DNA from: Octopus vulgaris
Taxonomy: Eukaryota
Assembly (NCBI GenBank): GCA_951406725.2
Contig: OX597815.1
Coordinates: 35,464,001-35,528,000, forward strand
Direction of reading: 5' to 3'
Length of the DNA stretch: 64,000 nucleotides
The notes beneath the pieces were generated by a model. That model was given only the letters and a program-made list of their open reading frames with translations, was not told where the DNA came from and searched no databases. Positions 1 through 12,937 of this stretch are shown here, piece after piece (position 1 is the first letter of the stretch; each line of letters begins with the position of its first letter). Position numbers and translations under genes: made by a program.

Positions 1-88
1 CGTAATAGATTGCATACAATATTAATTTATAATGTAAAGCAGTCATAAATTTACAGATGCACATAAGCGTTGATGTGACTGTGCTCCG

Positions 89-236
89 ATGATCTGATGA
101 GTGAACTTTCTGTTGTTTGCATTCATTAATGAATATATATTTATATTCTATAATGCTGATGCAAACATGAACATATAATTGTTTGCATATCGAAATTAAT
201 GCTATACGAAGAATGTTACGAAACGGCTGTAACCAT
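89..236 (+). ncRNA. Type I hammerhead ribozyme-like motif with long stem II insertion, in a probable PLE 3' end running into (TA)n at ~300
   Basis: ATGAT-CTGATGA-GTGAAC...GTTAC-GAAA-CGGCTG-TA-ACCAT. Canonical core, near-palindromic stem III, GUA cleavage triplet, one mismatch in stem I. Confidence 0.6.
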
Positions 237-297
237 TTGAAAACTATATGTATAACATATGTATAAATAAATCTACCTTCACTTTTCGCACCTGATT

Positions 298-298
<1 letters not shown>

Positions 299-389
<91 letters not shown>

Positions 390-391
390 TA
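299..391. repeat. (TA)n microsatellite
   Basis: Direct reading of the sequence. Confidence 0.99.
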
Positions 392-393
392 CA

Positions 394-1549
394 CTAGCAG
401 CATAGCCCGGCGTTGCCCGGGTATGTAAGAGCCCCTAGTAGGCAACGACTAATCCCAATCTAGTCATTTCCCTCTAGGGAACGAAGGAGCATGTGTAGGT
501 TGCAATGTCTTCTCTTCACTCCCAAATAACTATCAAATAGCTATCGATAATTCAACCCAACCAATTCCTACCAGGAAGAAATTACATTCAAGACTTTACC
601 CCCAACCACTTCTGCTAATAGCTGATGCAGCCGCAAGTTATTCGAATACTTTTTTTGTTTAAACTTTCTTTATAACTACCACCCCAAACGTTTTACCTTA
701 AATTTTTGACGTACCCTAAGGGTCCTCGGACGCTACTTGCAAACTCTTGGTTTATTTATTATAAACCGCTTTTGTCGTGTGCACCAAAAAACCTTTTCCA
801 TTCGTTTGTTCAGTTTGGTCACTTTTTCGTTGTTGTCACTCACGTTGCTGCCCGCTTTTTTGCCGTTTTTGTACATTTTTATACATTTTGGGATACTTAC
901 CCCACGTGTTCCGAGAGTTAAAAAGGTCGAGTTGCATCCCCTAGACAGTCTGTGGTTTGTGTTTAATACACAAATCGGTTCGCTATGTGTGCCACATATG
1001 ATTTAATTAACCGATTTTTTCCAGTAATAGAGTATCCTATTGGAATAAAAAGGACCATATAGCTCCTTGGAGTAGACATGATGCTCGCTGTGAATTTTTT
1101 AAAAAATTCCTGTCAATTTGTGAAAGATATTGTCGAAAATATGTCATCTTGAATTTGAACGCGATTTCCCAAAATGGCATGATTTTATCGATTTTTTTTC
1201 TGATGGTAAGGTATTGCATGGAAAACTAACGTCAGATTTAAGTTTCTTAGGGTAACATTAAGCTTCACCATGAGTTTGGTGAAAATCGATTGCAAGTTGC
1301 GAAAGCTACAACAGAAAATGCGTTGCATATAAAAAGCTCAGATTCTCGATCCCATGTCGAATTTATCGATTTTTTTCAGAACTGGGAGAACTTTTCAAAA
1401 GTTTCGCTGCGTTAGTTTTGAATTATGACATTGGGCTATGTGTGTGTCAAGTTTCATCAGAATCGGTTGAAGGCCGTGGTCAGGGTGAGGGTACAACCTG
1501 ACAGACACACAGACACACAGACAGACAAACTGCCGTTTATATAGAGAGA
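394..1549 (-). mobile_element. Non-autonomous Helitron
   Basis: The minus strand begins TCTCTCTATATAAAC and carries a subterminal CTGT-type microsatellite. It ends with the GC hairpin CCCGGGCAACGCCGGG (406-421), then CTAG followed by T. No TSD is seen. The termini match those of 53761-54152. Confidence 0.8.
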
Positions 1550-1959
1550 GGTGAATACACACACACAGGGAAAAGGAGAATATATGTGAAATACAGGGCA
1601 TATATTCTCCCTTATGTATTCACGTATACAGAGAGAGAGAGAGAGAGAGAGAGGAAGGCTATATATAACGTATGACATTGATTCAAAGCTGAGTTTGTAT
1701 GAGTCGCAAATGAGAGATTTTCGTTTTCGTTCATGTCCTTACAAACTTCACACAGTCACTCGCAACTTTCAATATATATTATTCCACTCCCTTGGATTAT
1801 ATTCAATACTTTATTCAGTTCATTATAATTCACATCGTCACAAACCGGCAATTAAAATTATTAGTCTTTACCAGTCTGTAAAATAGATTGCTCTATATAT
1901 TATAGGAAACGTAGATCATTAATTATTATGAAACCGTTCCAAAACTACTGTTAAATAAT

Positions 1960-2340
1960 CACCACCGTGTTAACATCCAGTTTTTCATGATTGCGTGGAT
2001 CAGACGGAATTCATTGAAGCAGATTTTCAGCAGCTAGATACCCTTGCTATTGCTAACCCCAACCTGTTTTCATATAAGGTAATATTTCCACATGCCCAGA
2101 CATGTTTGAATGGAAGATTGAAAACGAATGACACCGTTTGTATAACGATGATGTTCATTTACAACTGTTGAGCAATCTCAAGACATAGACACCCCAAAAC
2201 GCATAAACCCACACTCATATACATATACGACAGGAATCTTTTAGTTTCTCTCATCCAAATCTATTCATCGGTCTTTGGTTGGTCCAGGTCTTTAAACGAA
2301 GATTTTTGCCCAAGGTGCCACATAGTAAGACTGAACTCAA
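1960..2340 (-). mobile_element. Degenerate SINE with CORE-like segment and RTE-like 3' tail
   Basis: The minus strand has a B-box-like GAGTTCAGT followed by TGTGGCACCTTGGGCAA. Its tail resembles the RTE 3' end at 61756-61800. Confidence 0.45.
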
Positions 2341-3325
2341 TCCTAATTCCCTACTGAACTCAGATAAATAATGATTTATATATTTGGTACAATGCCATAT
2401 TTCTTCTGACTGAATGTGTAATTAATGTGTGAGTTCAATACTTGACAGGTACATATTTTCTCGACTTTCTGGAAAGTGAAAGGTAATGATGAGGAAAGAT
2501 GTCACTTTTGTTTGTTCAACTCCCAGATCAACTTTGATGGAATTAACTATTCAAAGCCGCGATCGTGTTGTCAATCTGTATATTGATTAATGTGTCCTTA
2601 TATTTTTTTAGATTCTAAGGTGTGGTTTGAGGGAAATTTGGCCACTATTCCAATCAGATCGAATAGCCACTAAGAGTATCCTACAGTGTTGATTCCGGCG
2701 GTAATTGAAATCAAAAGGTAAAAGAATACACGCAAAATACTACTGCAAGGTGCATTTCGGTTGGCGTTCTACCAATTCCACTATCCATTTCCTTCTACAT
2801 TCTGTGAATAACAGCAATAACAACAAAGATATTCACTGAAGCAATTACTAACTGAACAATGTAACAAAGTGTATGTTACTGAACAACAGAATAAAGAGTA
2901 GTCAGCTAACGTGACGTTTTGCTGAGAAGCAATACGATTGGCTGCAGAATTTGCCCTAAATAAATTTGATGTTTGGTTTTCAACCAAAAGAAGTCAAACG
3001 TCTATAATCTTCTCATTTTCTGGAACATTAAAGCTTTCAATGTACTTTAATATTCCAAAATCAGGTTGGCGAACGTTACGGTATAGAAATAAATGTCTGC
3101 TGAGCTCATTTTGCGACTCGGTTTTGATTCCTTCTAACCATTTCATTTACTTCCGTTAAGAATGCCTTCGGAAAAGACTGAATGCTACGCTACACCGTTT
3201 TATCATTTACACATACGTAGTCATACATGCAGACGCCCTTACACACATCACTCACACGCCCCACTCACTTGAATGTATATAGATATATATAAATACAAAC
3301 TTATATATGTGTGTATTAATGTATG

Positions 3326-3369
<44 letters not shown>

Positions 3370-3989
3370 GACACAAAAACACACAAGCATACGCACATAT
3401 ATGTATGTATGTACGTATGTATCTATGTATGCATGCATATATATGAATGAATGTGTATATATATATAACCTTATATATATATATAGTAAAGATTATTTGC
3501 CAACATAATATGGCAACTTGTTACTGAATGTCTCTCGTTGAGAGATTTAGAAATAATGACGTTCCTATTTATATATAAGCATGTGTGTGTGTTTGTATGT
3601 GTGGAGGTAGGTATATATATATGTATGTATATATGCATATACATTTATATGCATATATGTATATACAGTCTCCCTGTGGACAATAAAAGTGGGTGCAGAG
3701 AAGCTGACAAATCCCAAATTAAGTATTGAAACACATGTCTTATCACTAAGGTAAAATACCATAGCCTACTCTTAATTTAAGGTATGCATATATGTAAATA
3801 TGTATGTATGCATGTATGTATGTATGTATGTATGTATGCATGTATGTATGTATGTATGTATGTATGTATGTATGTATGTATGTATTAAATCATTGAAATT
3901 CTCTTACTAATATTTTTAACTAAATTCTTAAACGCTATGGGGCAGGTGGCAGGAACCCCATTAACCCACACAAAGTCTTTCTGTAGGGT

Positions 3990-4785
3990 TTTCTATAGGA
4001 TTTGTAAATATTCTAGAGATACTTCAAGGAAATTGACAACCGTCAGGCTGGTGTCTATTGTTGTGCTAAGATCGAATGTTTTCATATGATGGATAATATC
4101 TTTCCTTAACCGATCTTGCGCAGGTCCATTTGTATTCTTAGCTAAAACTAGAACATCTTCCCTATAAATAGTGAAATAAACACCAGGAAAAGCTTTGCCT
4201 AATGCCTCAAGCAGGAACAGCCCAATGAGATCGCATATGCCCGCTCCATCATATGACCCCATGTTCACATCGAAAGAACCCTCTGTGTCTGCTGTCTTGA
4301 CTCACTCTGTGTTCTCGCTGAAGAGTAAGGTCTTTCTAGCATGGAGGATTATATCGTTATCTTGTTCACTAATCTCTGTAAAATCGCTTGGGGAAGCGAG
4401 GGCTTAATCAAGCAGTTTTCTAGAAATAAAAGCATAGAAATCTACAATATCAAATTGCGTAAATCTTCCTTTATTCTTATTTCTAATTGCTTTAAACCAG
4501 TTAATAATTTCTATATTATTGGACCATTGTACTAAATTAGTTGCCCCTCTCACTTTAACATTGATTTTTCTTAAAATCTCCTTACTAATTATACCAATTT
4601 CTAATTTTGCGGGGTTAATTACTCTGCACTTAGGATTAGATAGCAAGTTCTTAATATGGTTCTTAATAGTTATAAAGGCCTCTTTTTTGAAAGGTTCTCT
4701 ATTTTTTTCATCTAATTTAAACCTAGCGAGGATGATACTAGCTTGTTTATGAATGTCGTTATAAATTTGCGGTCTAACATTAGTG

Positions 4786-4790
<5 letters not shown>
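3990..4790 (-). pseudogene. Penelope-like element reverse transcriptase fragment (Hydra-clade-like)
   Basis: ORFs 4404-4646 and 3993-4268 give NPKCRVINPAKLEIGIISK, FDIVDFY (motif A), MGSYDGAGICDL (motif B'), IYRED (decayed YxDD) and VNFLEV. In-frame stops are present, and it abuts (TA)n at 4790. Confidence 0.85.
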
Positions 4791-4859
<69 letters not shown>

Positions 4860-5025
4860 TATATATGTTTAGGTGTGTAAGACTGTGTCCAGTGCATCAG
4901 TGCGACTTTCATGCACAGGTCCCTTTCATTTACACGAATATGCACATGTTTGTATATGTACTGGTGTAGGTGTGTGATAGGAGGATGTATATGTATATAT
5001 AACACACACACACACACACACACAC

Positions 5026-5062
<37 letters not shown>

Positions 5063-5298
5063 GGATAAAATTTTCAAAAAATTTATCAGTGCCCAGCATA
5101 TTAAAAAAATAACTTTTCAGGTGAAACTTATAAATAACTTATAAATAAGGGCAAAAAGAGAAAAAATTCCTATGCCAAATATGTCGGGAAATAAACTTTA
5201 AATCGTCTATAACCACATATATGTGGTCATTCAAGATTTAAAGGCTATTTCGCGGCATATTTGATAGGAAACGTGTATGCGGGAGTGTGAATGTATAC

Positions 5299-5366
<68 letters not shown>

Positions 5367-5485
5367 GTGTATATTTAGGGCTAAGTATAAATATCTAAAT
5401 TATATTATGATACGTTTATGCATGCAAACGCCTATGTGTATATGAGGATGAAGTTGTATACACACACACACATATATACATATAT

Positions 5486-5549
<64 letters not shown>

Positions 5550-5648
5550 TTGGAAATGATGTACATATTAGAAGGAATGAGGTACTCAGAAATCTGGATG
5601 GTTTTATATTTACAGATTTTTATAAATATGTCACATATTTTTATAACT

Positions 5649-5688
5649 CATATATCAGCGCTTGCATCCACTCCAGTGGATTCTTCAG
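5649..5688 (-). ncRNA. Variant hammerhead-like motif (GCAA in place of GAAA)
   Basis: Minus strand reads CTGAAGA-ATCCAC-TGGA-GTGGAT-GCAA-GCGC-TG-ATATATG. This is the inverted copy of 8422-8461. Confidence 0.4.
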
Positions 5689-6306
5689 ATTTGAATTTTT
5701 TGAGGAAATTCGTCTCTTTTTATAGTATTATTGAGTGTGTAGGGGTGGTGAGAGATATAGGATAGTAAAAGAGGGTGAGGAATGTGGAGAAAGTGAGTGA
5801 AAGTGCGTGTGTGTGTGTGTGTGTGCCTTTGTATCTGAAAAGAGTGTCAATGGAAAAGAGAAGGAAAGAAAGAAGGAAGAAAGTAAGAAGAAAAATTGGG
5901 TTTGCATCTATACCGCTGTTCATTTCTTTTAGTAGAAAGTGATTCTTGGCCTTTAAAAATTGGCAAAATCAGGTGGCTAATCCACGGGTGGTGTTTCTTG
6001 TTTTGATAAAAGTTATTTTTCAAAAAATTGTCTGGATTTCTTTTCATCATTGTCCAGGTGAGAGAAAGAGTGTGTGTGTGTGTATGTGTGCGCGCGCGTG
6101 TGTGGTGTGTGTACCTGTGTATCTGAAAGGAGTGTCAATGGAAAGAGAAGGAAAGAAAGAGGGAAGAATATAAGAAGAAAAATTGTGTTTACATCTATAC
6201 CGCTGTTCAGTTCTTTCAATCCAATGTTTGATTCCCGTGCTGGCATGGGTGGGAGAATCTGGATGTAAGATTGTTACTATTTATGTGTATGCACATATGT
6301 ATAGCG

Positions 6307-6365
<59 letters not shown>

Positions 6366-6448
6366 TGTGTCTGTGTGTGTGTGTGTTTAATACGATTTAC
6401 TTTACAAAATTGCTCCTTCATCCAGTACAAATCATTACAGAAATATTT

Positions 6449-7145
6449 TCAGCTATTTAGTTTGGAGGAGAACTTTGTTATGAAGTATTTTTCCATATTT
6501 TTCCTGAAGCAGGTGTCATTCCTTGGGCATTTATAGAAGGGAAAGATCTTAAATTTTCCCTCTCCATATGTATCTAAGTGTTTACTCAGTGGAATCTCTC
6601 GCAGTTCCTCCTGTCGGACATGTTGTAGGTGAATTCTGGATGGTTGGCATAAAGAATTTCTAGTTTTGCCTATATAATTCCCCTTGCATGTGAGGTAGGT
6701 TATGCAGTATATGACGTTCTGCGCCTTGCAAGTCATGTCTGCATTTACTTTGAATGTGTGACCACTCTTAAATTTCATTTGTTTGTTTCCCTCTATATAT
6801 TTGTAGATGGGGTTACTGCAGATCCCACATCTACCTTCTCCACACTCTTTTACAAAGAATTCGGTTTTAGTCTCTGATGACAATTTCGCTCTTGTTAGTT
6901 GTTTCTTCAGGTTTTTCTCTTGGTGTTTACTGTTTTTTATGCAATATTTGTTTAATATGTTTCCCATTTTGGGGCTTTGTAGGACTATTGTTAAGTTTGA
7001 ATGTATAATTTGAAACATGTTGGTAATTCCAGGGTTATGAGTGTTTATGATTCCAGGGTTATGAGTGTTTATGAAAGGGATGAGGTTTTCTTTGTTTCTC
7101 GCTTTTGGAGTTCTGAGTTATGTGATGTCTAGTTTCATTGCTCAT
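6449..7145 (-). pseudogene. PLE thumb/linker and GIY-YIG endonuclease (Neptune-like)
   Basis: ORF 6449-7018 has the Cys linker CGEGRCGIC, then NVIYCITYLTCKGNYIGKT and RIHLQH...LSKHL. The frame extends upstream as LIPFINTHNPG and contains an in-frame 24-bp tandem duplication (7026-7073). Confidence 0.85.
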
Positions 7146-7949
7146 GAGATTCCGTTTTTCTTTTTTTTTCTCTTCCTTCTGTCTTTCCTTCTCTTTTCTA
7201 TTGACACCTCTTTCAGATACAAAAGCACACACGCGCGCGCACACTCTCATTTTCTCCCCATTCCCCACCTTCTTTTACTTTCCTATATCTCTCCGCCCAA
7301 TAATACTACACTCAATAATACTAAAAAAAAGAGACGAATCTCCTCAAAATATTCAAAGCTGAAGTATTCCTATGATGTTTTCTGTATTTGTGGTATCCTC
7401 TGTTTGTGGATCTGATTTGGATTTCTTGAGGAGATTCGTTTCTTTTTATAGTATTATTGAGTGTGTGTGGGTGGAGAGAGATATATGATAGTAAAAGAGG
7501 GTGAGGAATGGGGAGAAAGTAAGAGAGAGAGAGCGCGCGTGTGTGTTTGTGTGTGCCTTTGTATCTGAAAGAGTGTCAAAGAGAAGGAAAGAAAGAAGGA
7601 AGAGAGAAAGAAGAAGAAATGTGCTTACATCTATACAGCTGGTCAGTTCTTTCAATAGAAAGTGATTCTTGACCTATAAAAACGGCAAAACTAGGTGGCT
7701 ACAGCAGGGAGTGTTTCTTGTAAAGTAAATTGTATTAAACACACACACACACACACAGTACTATACATATGTGCATATACAAAAATAGAAACAATCTTAC
7801 ATCCAGATTCTCCAACCCTTACCAGCGCGAGAATCAAACATTCGATTGAAAGAATTGACAGCGGTATAGATGTAAACACAATTTTTCTTCTTACTTTCTT
7901 CCTTCACTTTTCCATTGACACTTCTTTCAGATACACAGGCTCTCTTTCT

Positions 7950-7993
<44 letters not shown>

Positions 7994-8421
7994 CACGCAC
8001 ACATACACCCACACACCCACACAAAACACACACACACACACACACACTCTCTCTCTCACTGGACAATGATGAAAAGAAATCCAGACAATTTTTTGAAAAA
8101 TAACTTTTATCAAAACAAGAACCCTACTCTTGGAGTAGCCACCTGGTTTTGCCATTTTTAAAGGCCAAGAATCAATTTCTATTGAAAGAACTGACAAGCT
8201 GTATAGATATAAGCACATTTTTCTTCTTTCTCTCTTCCTTCTTTCTTTCCTTCTCTTTTCCATTGACACTTCTTTCAGATACAAAGCACACACACACACA
8301 CACGCACTCTCAGTCACTTTCTCCATATTCCTCACTCTCTTTTACTATCCTATATCTCTCTCCACCCCTACACACTCAATAATACTATAAAAAGAGACGA
8401 ATTTCCTCAAAAAATTCAAAT

Positions 8422-8461
8422 CTGAAGAATCCACTAGAGTGGATGCAAGCGCTGATATATG
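8422..8461 (+). ncRNA. Variant hammerhead-like motif (GCAA in place of GAAA)
   Basis: CTGAAGA-ATCCAC-TAGA-GTGGAT-GCAA-GCGC-TG-ATATATG. The cleavage triplet ends in G, so it is probably inactive. Confidence 0.4.
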
Positions 8462-8541
8462 TTTTCTAAAAATATGTGACATATTTATTAAAATCTGTAA
8501 ATATAAAACCATCCAGATTTCTGAGTACCTTATTTCTTTTA

Positions 8542-8583
<42 letters not shown>

Positions 8584-8590
8584 GCGCGCG

Positions 8591-8634
<44 letters not shown>

Positions 8635-8799
8635 AGTATATGTATAGATGTATATATAAAAATTTATATGTATATATGTTTGTATATATATATATGTATA
8701 TATACGGATGTATATCTATACATGTTTATGTATAGATATATATGTATATAAATAGATGTATATATATAGAGATTTATATGTATATATATATATATATAT

Positions 8800-8903
<104 letters not shown>

Positions 8904-8923
8904 ACATATATACATATGTATAT

Positions 8924-9840
8924 ATGCACATCTGCAACGGCAGTTGGATACAATATACAGGTGGGCTAAGGACAACAACATGCAGTTTAATGCAAGCCCT
9001 GTGCTACCGGCACAGAAAGCTGAACGACATGCAGACTCGATACACTGGTCCGGGAAGAATTGCAATTCCTGAGTCAAAATCAGTGCGTGACCTGGGCATT
9101 GACATGAGCAATGATGCATTTTTCCAAGTGCATATTGCCAATTTGGTTATAAAATGCAGACGGCTAGCTGGATGGATCCTCCGAACTTTCAGAACAAGAG
9201 AGGAGACACTGATGGTCCTTTGGAAGACATTCGTCCTCAGCCGCTTGGGCTACTGCTCCCAACAATGGTCACCACACAATATAAAGTTAACGGCAGAACT
9301 CGAAGCAATCCAACGAAGCTACACTAAGAAGATCGTCTCAACGCAACATATCAGTTACTGGGAAAGACGGAAAGTATTAAAACTCTTCTCTCTGAAGCGA
9401 AGGCGGGAGAGATATGCAGTGACATACATCTGCAAAATCCTGAAGGGCCTTGTCCCGAATTTTGGCATTGAAAGTTACCCCAACAGCCGAACGGGGCGCC
9501 ACTGCATGGTGCCAAAGATCCCAACATCACCATCAAAATGCAGGACCAGATACTGCAATAGTTTGGGTTTCAGGGGACTACAGGTCTTCAATATCCTTCC
9601 TAAATGCCTGAGAGACCTGCATGGTGTGGATGTGGATTTCGTTAAAACTAAACTGGATCTCTTCTTGTCAGGGGTTCCAAATGAACCTACCTCTCGGTAG
9701 GAAACACAGATGCGGGCAGCAGCGTTGAACTTCCTTGTTGACCAAGTGCCACGTATCAGAGGGGGTTTCACATACTAGTGTAGCACATTCAACGTGGCCA
9801 CAGCTTTCGGGCTTAAACATTTCTAAGGATTTAAGGATTT
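8924..9840 (+). mobile_element. 5'-truncated CR1/L2-group LINE: ORF2 C-terminus (8924-9700) plus 3' UTR
   Basis: VRDLGI, GWILRTF, SRLGYCSQQWSPH, LEAIQRSYTKKI and SYWERRKVLKLFSLKRRRERY are typical post-RT motifs of CR1-group LINEs. It ends in a TGGCCACAGC tail and short TTTAAGGA-type repeats. Confidence 0.85.
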
Positions 9841-9849
9841 ATATATAGA

Positions 9850-9965
9850 AGTAGTTAGTTAATTAGTTAGTTAATTTTTTGGCTCAAAAAGCAAAAAAGC
9901 AAGGCCATGTAGGGGGACATAGAGTTATGTACAGGGTGGTGTTCATGTAAAGAGTTCAGGCCACA
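9850..9965 (-). mobile_element. Short 3' end of a second CR1-like LINE or SINE, tail-to-tail with the previous element
   Basis: Minus strand reads TCCCCCTACATGGCC... followed by (CTAA)n, similar to the CCCCAGCATGGCC tail motif seen elsewhere in the window. Confidence 0.4.
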
Positions 9966-10043
9966 GATATGTACATATATATACGTATATATAAATATAT
10001 ATATATGTATATATACTTACATGTGTGTATATATATATACGTG

Positions 10044-10085
<42 letters not shown>

Positions 10086-10088
<3 letters not shown>

Positions 10089-10342
10089 TAAATATTAGGG
10101 AATAAATTCAAACTTACAGGGAAAAATCAGATTTAGGATTGAATCCAATTTTATAGTAAAATATTATATTATATTAAATTAGAGACAAAACCACTATTAG
10201 GCAAATCATACAATGAAAAACTTAAGCCAATACATAAGATTATTTAATTTATATTATGTATTATGTATTTAAATCTTATGTATTGGCTTAAGTTTTTCAT
10301 TATATGATTTGCCTAATAGTGGTTTTGTCTCTAATTTAATAG

Positions 10343-10348
<6 letters not shown>
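10086..10348 (-). mobile_element. Small fold-back element in (TA)n, probable PLE 3'-end remnant
   Basis: 70-bp inverted arms at 10172-10241 and 10272-10341 (1 mismatch), a 30-bp loop and an unpaired ~85-bp extension on the left. (TA)n lies on both sides. Confidence 0.65.
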
Positions 10349-10389
<41 letters not shown>

Positions 10390-10446
10390 TGTGTGTGTGT
10401 GTTTGTGTGTGTATGATTTTTATACATTTCTAATGTATGATGTTTA

Positions 10447-10509
<63 letters not shown>

Positions 10510-10543
10510 CAAAATAAAATAAAAACATGATGCGAAGGATTCA

Positions 10544-10621
10544 GCGGTACATATGTTTCGGGCCTTTATTAGACAGATTTATAACAATGCATAATGTATG
10601 TCTGTGGCCTTCTTCAGCCGC
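10544..10621 (-). ncRNA. Type I hammerhead ribozyme (left-arm copy)
   Basis: Minus strand reads GCGG-CTGAAGA-A-GGCC...GGCC-C-GAAA-CATATG-TA-CCGC, with palindromic stem III and a GUA site. Confidence 0.75.
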
Positions 10622-12319
10622 GCACAACAGCTTCCACAAGGACATGTGTTACATCAAAAATTCTTGGTTGGGGATGCAAATCCTCTCATTCACGTACGAC
10701 ATAATGCGGCAGCAGCATAGAATTGAAGCGTCCATCTCTTTCTTCTCTCAATGTAGAATGAGGAAAATTGGATGTTGAGGTAATGTAAATAAATAAATAC
10801 ATATATAGAGGTGAAGATGGAGGGGCGAGAGTTCGGGACGAGGGATAAAAATTGTATAAAAAGTGTAAGTATAGAATAATATAAAAATGTAGAGGATAAA
10901 GATATAAAGAGTTGTAAGGAGATGTAAAGGGGGTATAAAGAAATATAAAGAAATATAAATAAATGTAAAGGCATAAGGTTATAAAGTAAAAATAGAAATA
11001 GAAATAAAAGTTAAAAAAACTGATAAAACCATGATAAACGTGTAAAAGAATGTAAAGATAAGGGATGTATAGAGGTTACGGACCAAGCATGGTGGTCAGG
11101 AGATTGATAAAATTTAGTTGTAGAATTGTCAGTAAATCAACAGTTTCGTCTGGGGACTTAATGCGTTGTAAATCAGAGCTGATGAGCATTTAATCTGGTT
11201 CCTTGAATTAAATGGACTTCTAGTACATACATATCATCATGGATACATACACCCACATACACGCGTACATATACGCCTCCAAGCCTATAAGCATACACAC
11301 GCACTCGCGTGTAAACACGTACATAAACACACACGCACCCACACGCACGCGCGTACACACACATACATACAACAGAATATCCGCATATATACACGGATAT
11401 TACGCGCGTACACGCTCACATGTATATACGCGCGCCCATCACTACATACACACACGTATATGCCCACGCCTCTAGGTCCAGGTATAAGATATTAAAGAAC
11501 GTAAGTAAAGAATCCCGTACTCATGTCAATATGCGCACGCACACACGGCTGTGTGTCCGTATGTGCGTGCACATATACACCCATATACACACACAGAGAG
11601 ACACACGCGCACATGGGTATAGCTATAAGATATCGAAGTATGCATGTACATATATGCGCGCGCATATGTATGTATGCGTATACACACGTACGCGGACGCT
11701 CGTATATTCAAAAGGTGGATCTATAGGTAAGTAAATAAACATATATAGAGGTGTAAAGCGATAAGTTAGGGGTAAGAAAGAGGGTAAGGGTAAAGATTAG
11801 AAATAAAAAATACAGTATAAAATAAGAAATACAATGTAATAGTTAGAAATGAAGTATAAGAATTATAAAAATTATAAGAGTTAAGGTAAGGGATGAAAAT
11901 GAAAATGAGAATAAATGGAAGTAGAATAAAAGTAAAAATAAAATTAAAAATAAAAATAAATGGAAGTAGGATAAAAGTGAAAATAAAAGTAAAAAAGCGG
12001 GATGTGCTGGAGCCGACAGGTTGCACCGGGTGGGAGGAAATTGCATGGGGAGTTGGTATAAGACCTAAGCATTGTAGTATTTGAAAGTATTAATAAGCTT
12101 ATGTATACAGGATGGTTTGAACTCTGACCTTTTGTTAATAAGATTGTGTTTGTCTTTGAATTTCAAGATGTTCAGGAGTTCTACACAGCATAGTTGGCAT
12201 CCTGCTCTATTATTTAAATAAGGTGCAGCTGATCCGATGATGGACCATCTGAGTTTGAAGTCTATGCATTTGTCTTTTAATTCCCAAATTCTTTTAGAGA
12301 GGGAGGTGCTGTTAGCCTT

Positions 12320-12937
12320 ATGTCTGTGTCTCAGTCTGGTTATGGCTGCCAGTTTGGCAGCCATACTACCCAAACAGTTAGTAATAACACCCACCAACAC
12401 AACAGAGGAAATACTACACCCATCAACAACCAGGAGGATACCAACGCCCCCACTCGTATTGCAACACCTCCGCCTGGGATTAGCAGCACACGACCGAATA
12501 ATGCAATGCAATGCAACTGCAGATGTGCATCAGAGTGCCCGCTGCAGGGCGCATGTAGGGCGAAAAACGTAATATACTCATGTGAGGTGAGTACTCAGTT
12601 TAACACACTCACCTATATTTGTTGCTCAACCTCCTGGAAATCCAGATACTACAACCACCGGTCCTCGCTGAGACACAGACATAAGGCTAACAGCACCTCC
12701 CTCTCTAAAAGAATTTGGGAATTAAAAGACAAATGCATAGACTTCAAACTCAGATGGTCCATCATCGGATCAGCTGCACCTTATTTAAATAATAGAGCAG
12801 GATGCCAACTATGCTGTGTAGAACTCCTGAACATCTTGAAATTCAAAGACAAACACAATCTTATTAACAAAAGGTCAGAGTTCAAACCATCCTGTATACA
12901 TAAGCTTATTAATACTTTCAAATACTACAATGCTTAG
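12320..12937 (+). CDS. PLE linker plus GIY-YIG endonuclease, open but 5'-truncated (no RT)
   Basis: CNCRCASECPL..C, NVIY...YIC (YIG variant), RYYNH, STSLSKRIW, CQLC and NKRSE...CIH. The nominal ATG lies in the inverted arm, so it is not the native start. Confidence 0.75.
   Translation: MSVSQSGYGCQFGSHTTQTVSNNTHQHNRGNTTPINNQEDTNAPTRIATPPPGISSTRPNNAMQCNCRCASECPLQGACRAKNVIYSCEVSTQFNTLTYICCSTSWKSRYYNHRSSLRHRHKANSTSLSKRIWELKDKCIDFKLRWSIIGSAAPYLNNRAGCQLCCVELLNILKFKDKHNLINKRSEFKPSCIHKLINTFKYYNA

Larger units (their letters stand above)
5545..8544 (-). mobile_element. Neptune-like PLE 3' portion with an inverted copy of its 3' UTR (complex fold-back insertion)
   Basis: 5566-6407 and 7718-8544 are diverged inverted copies. 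A further inverted pair lies at ~7150-7365 and ~7410-7620. The GIY-YIG ORF sits in the middle, and a ~20 bp unpaired tail (5545-5565) abuts (TA)n. Confidence 0.8.

Noticed and set aside
11178-11230. CTGATGAG in the palindrome arm as another hammerhead
   Set aside because: There is no correctly placed GAAA, stem III or stem I complement.
12065-12511. 148-aa minus-strand ORF sharing the endonuclease C-terminus
   Set aside because: It is a chimera created by the inversion junction: antisense spacer fused to the duplicated C-terminal half, lacking the GIY-YIG motifs.
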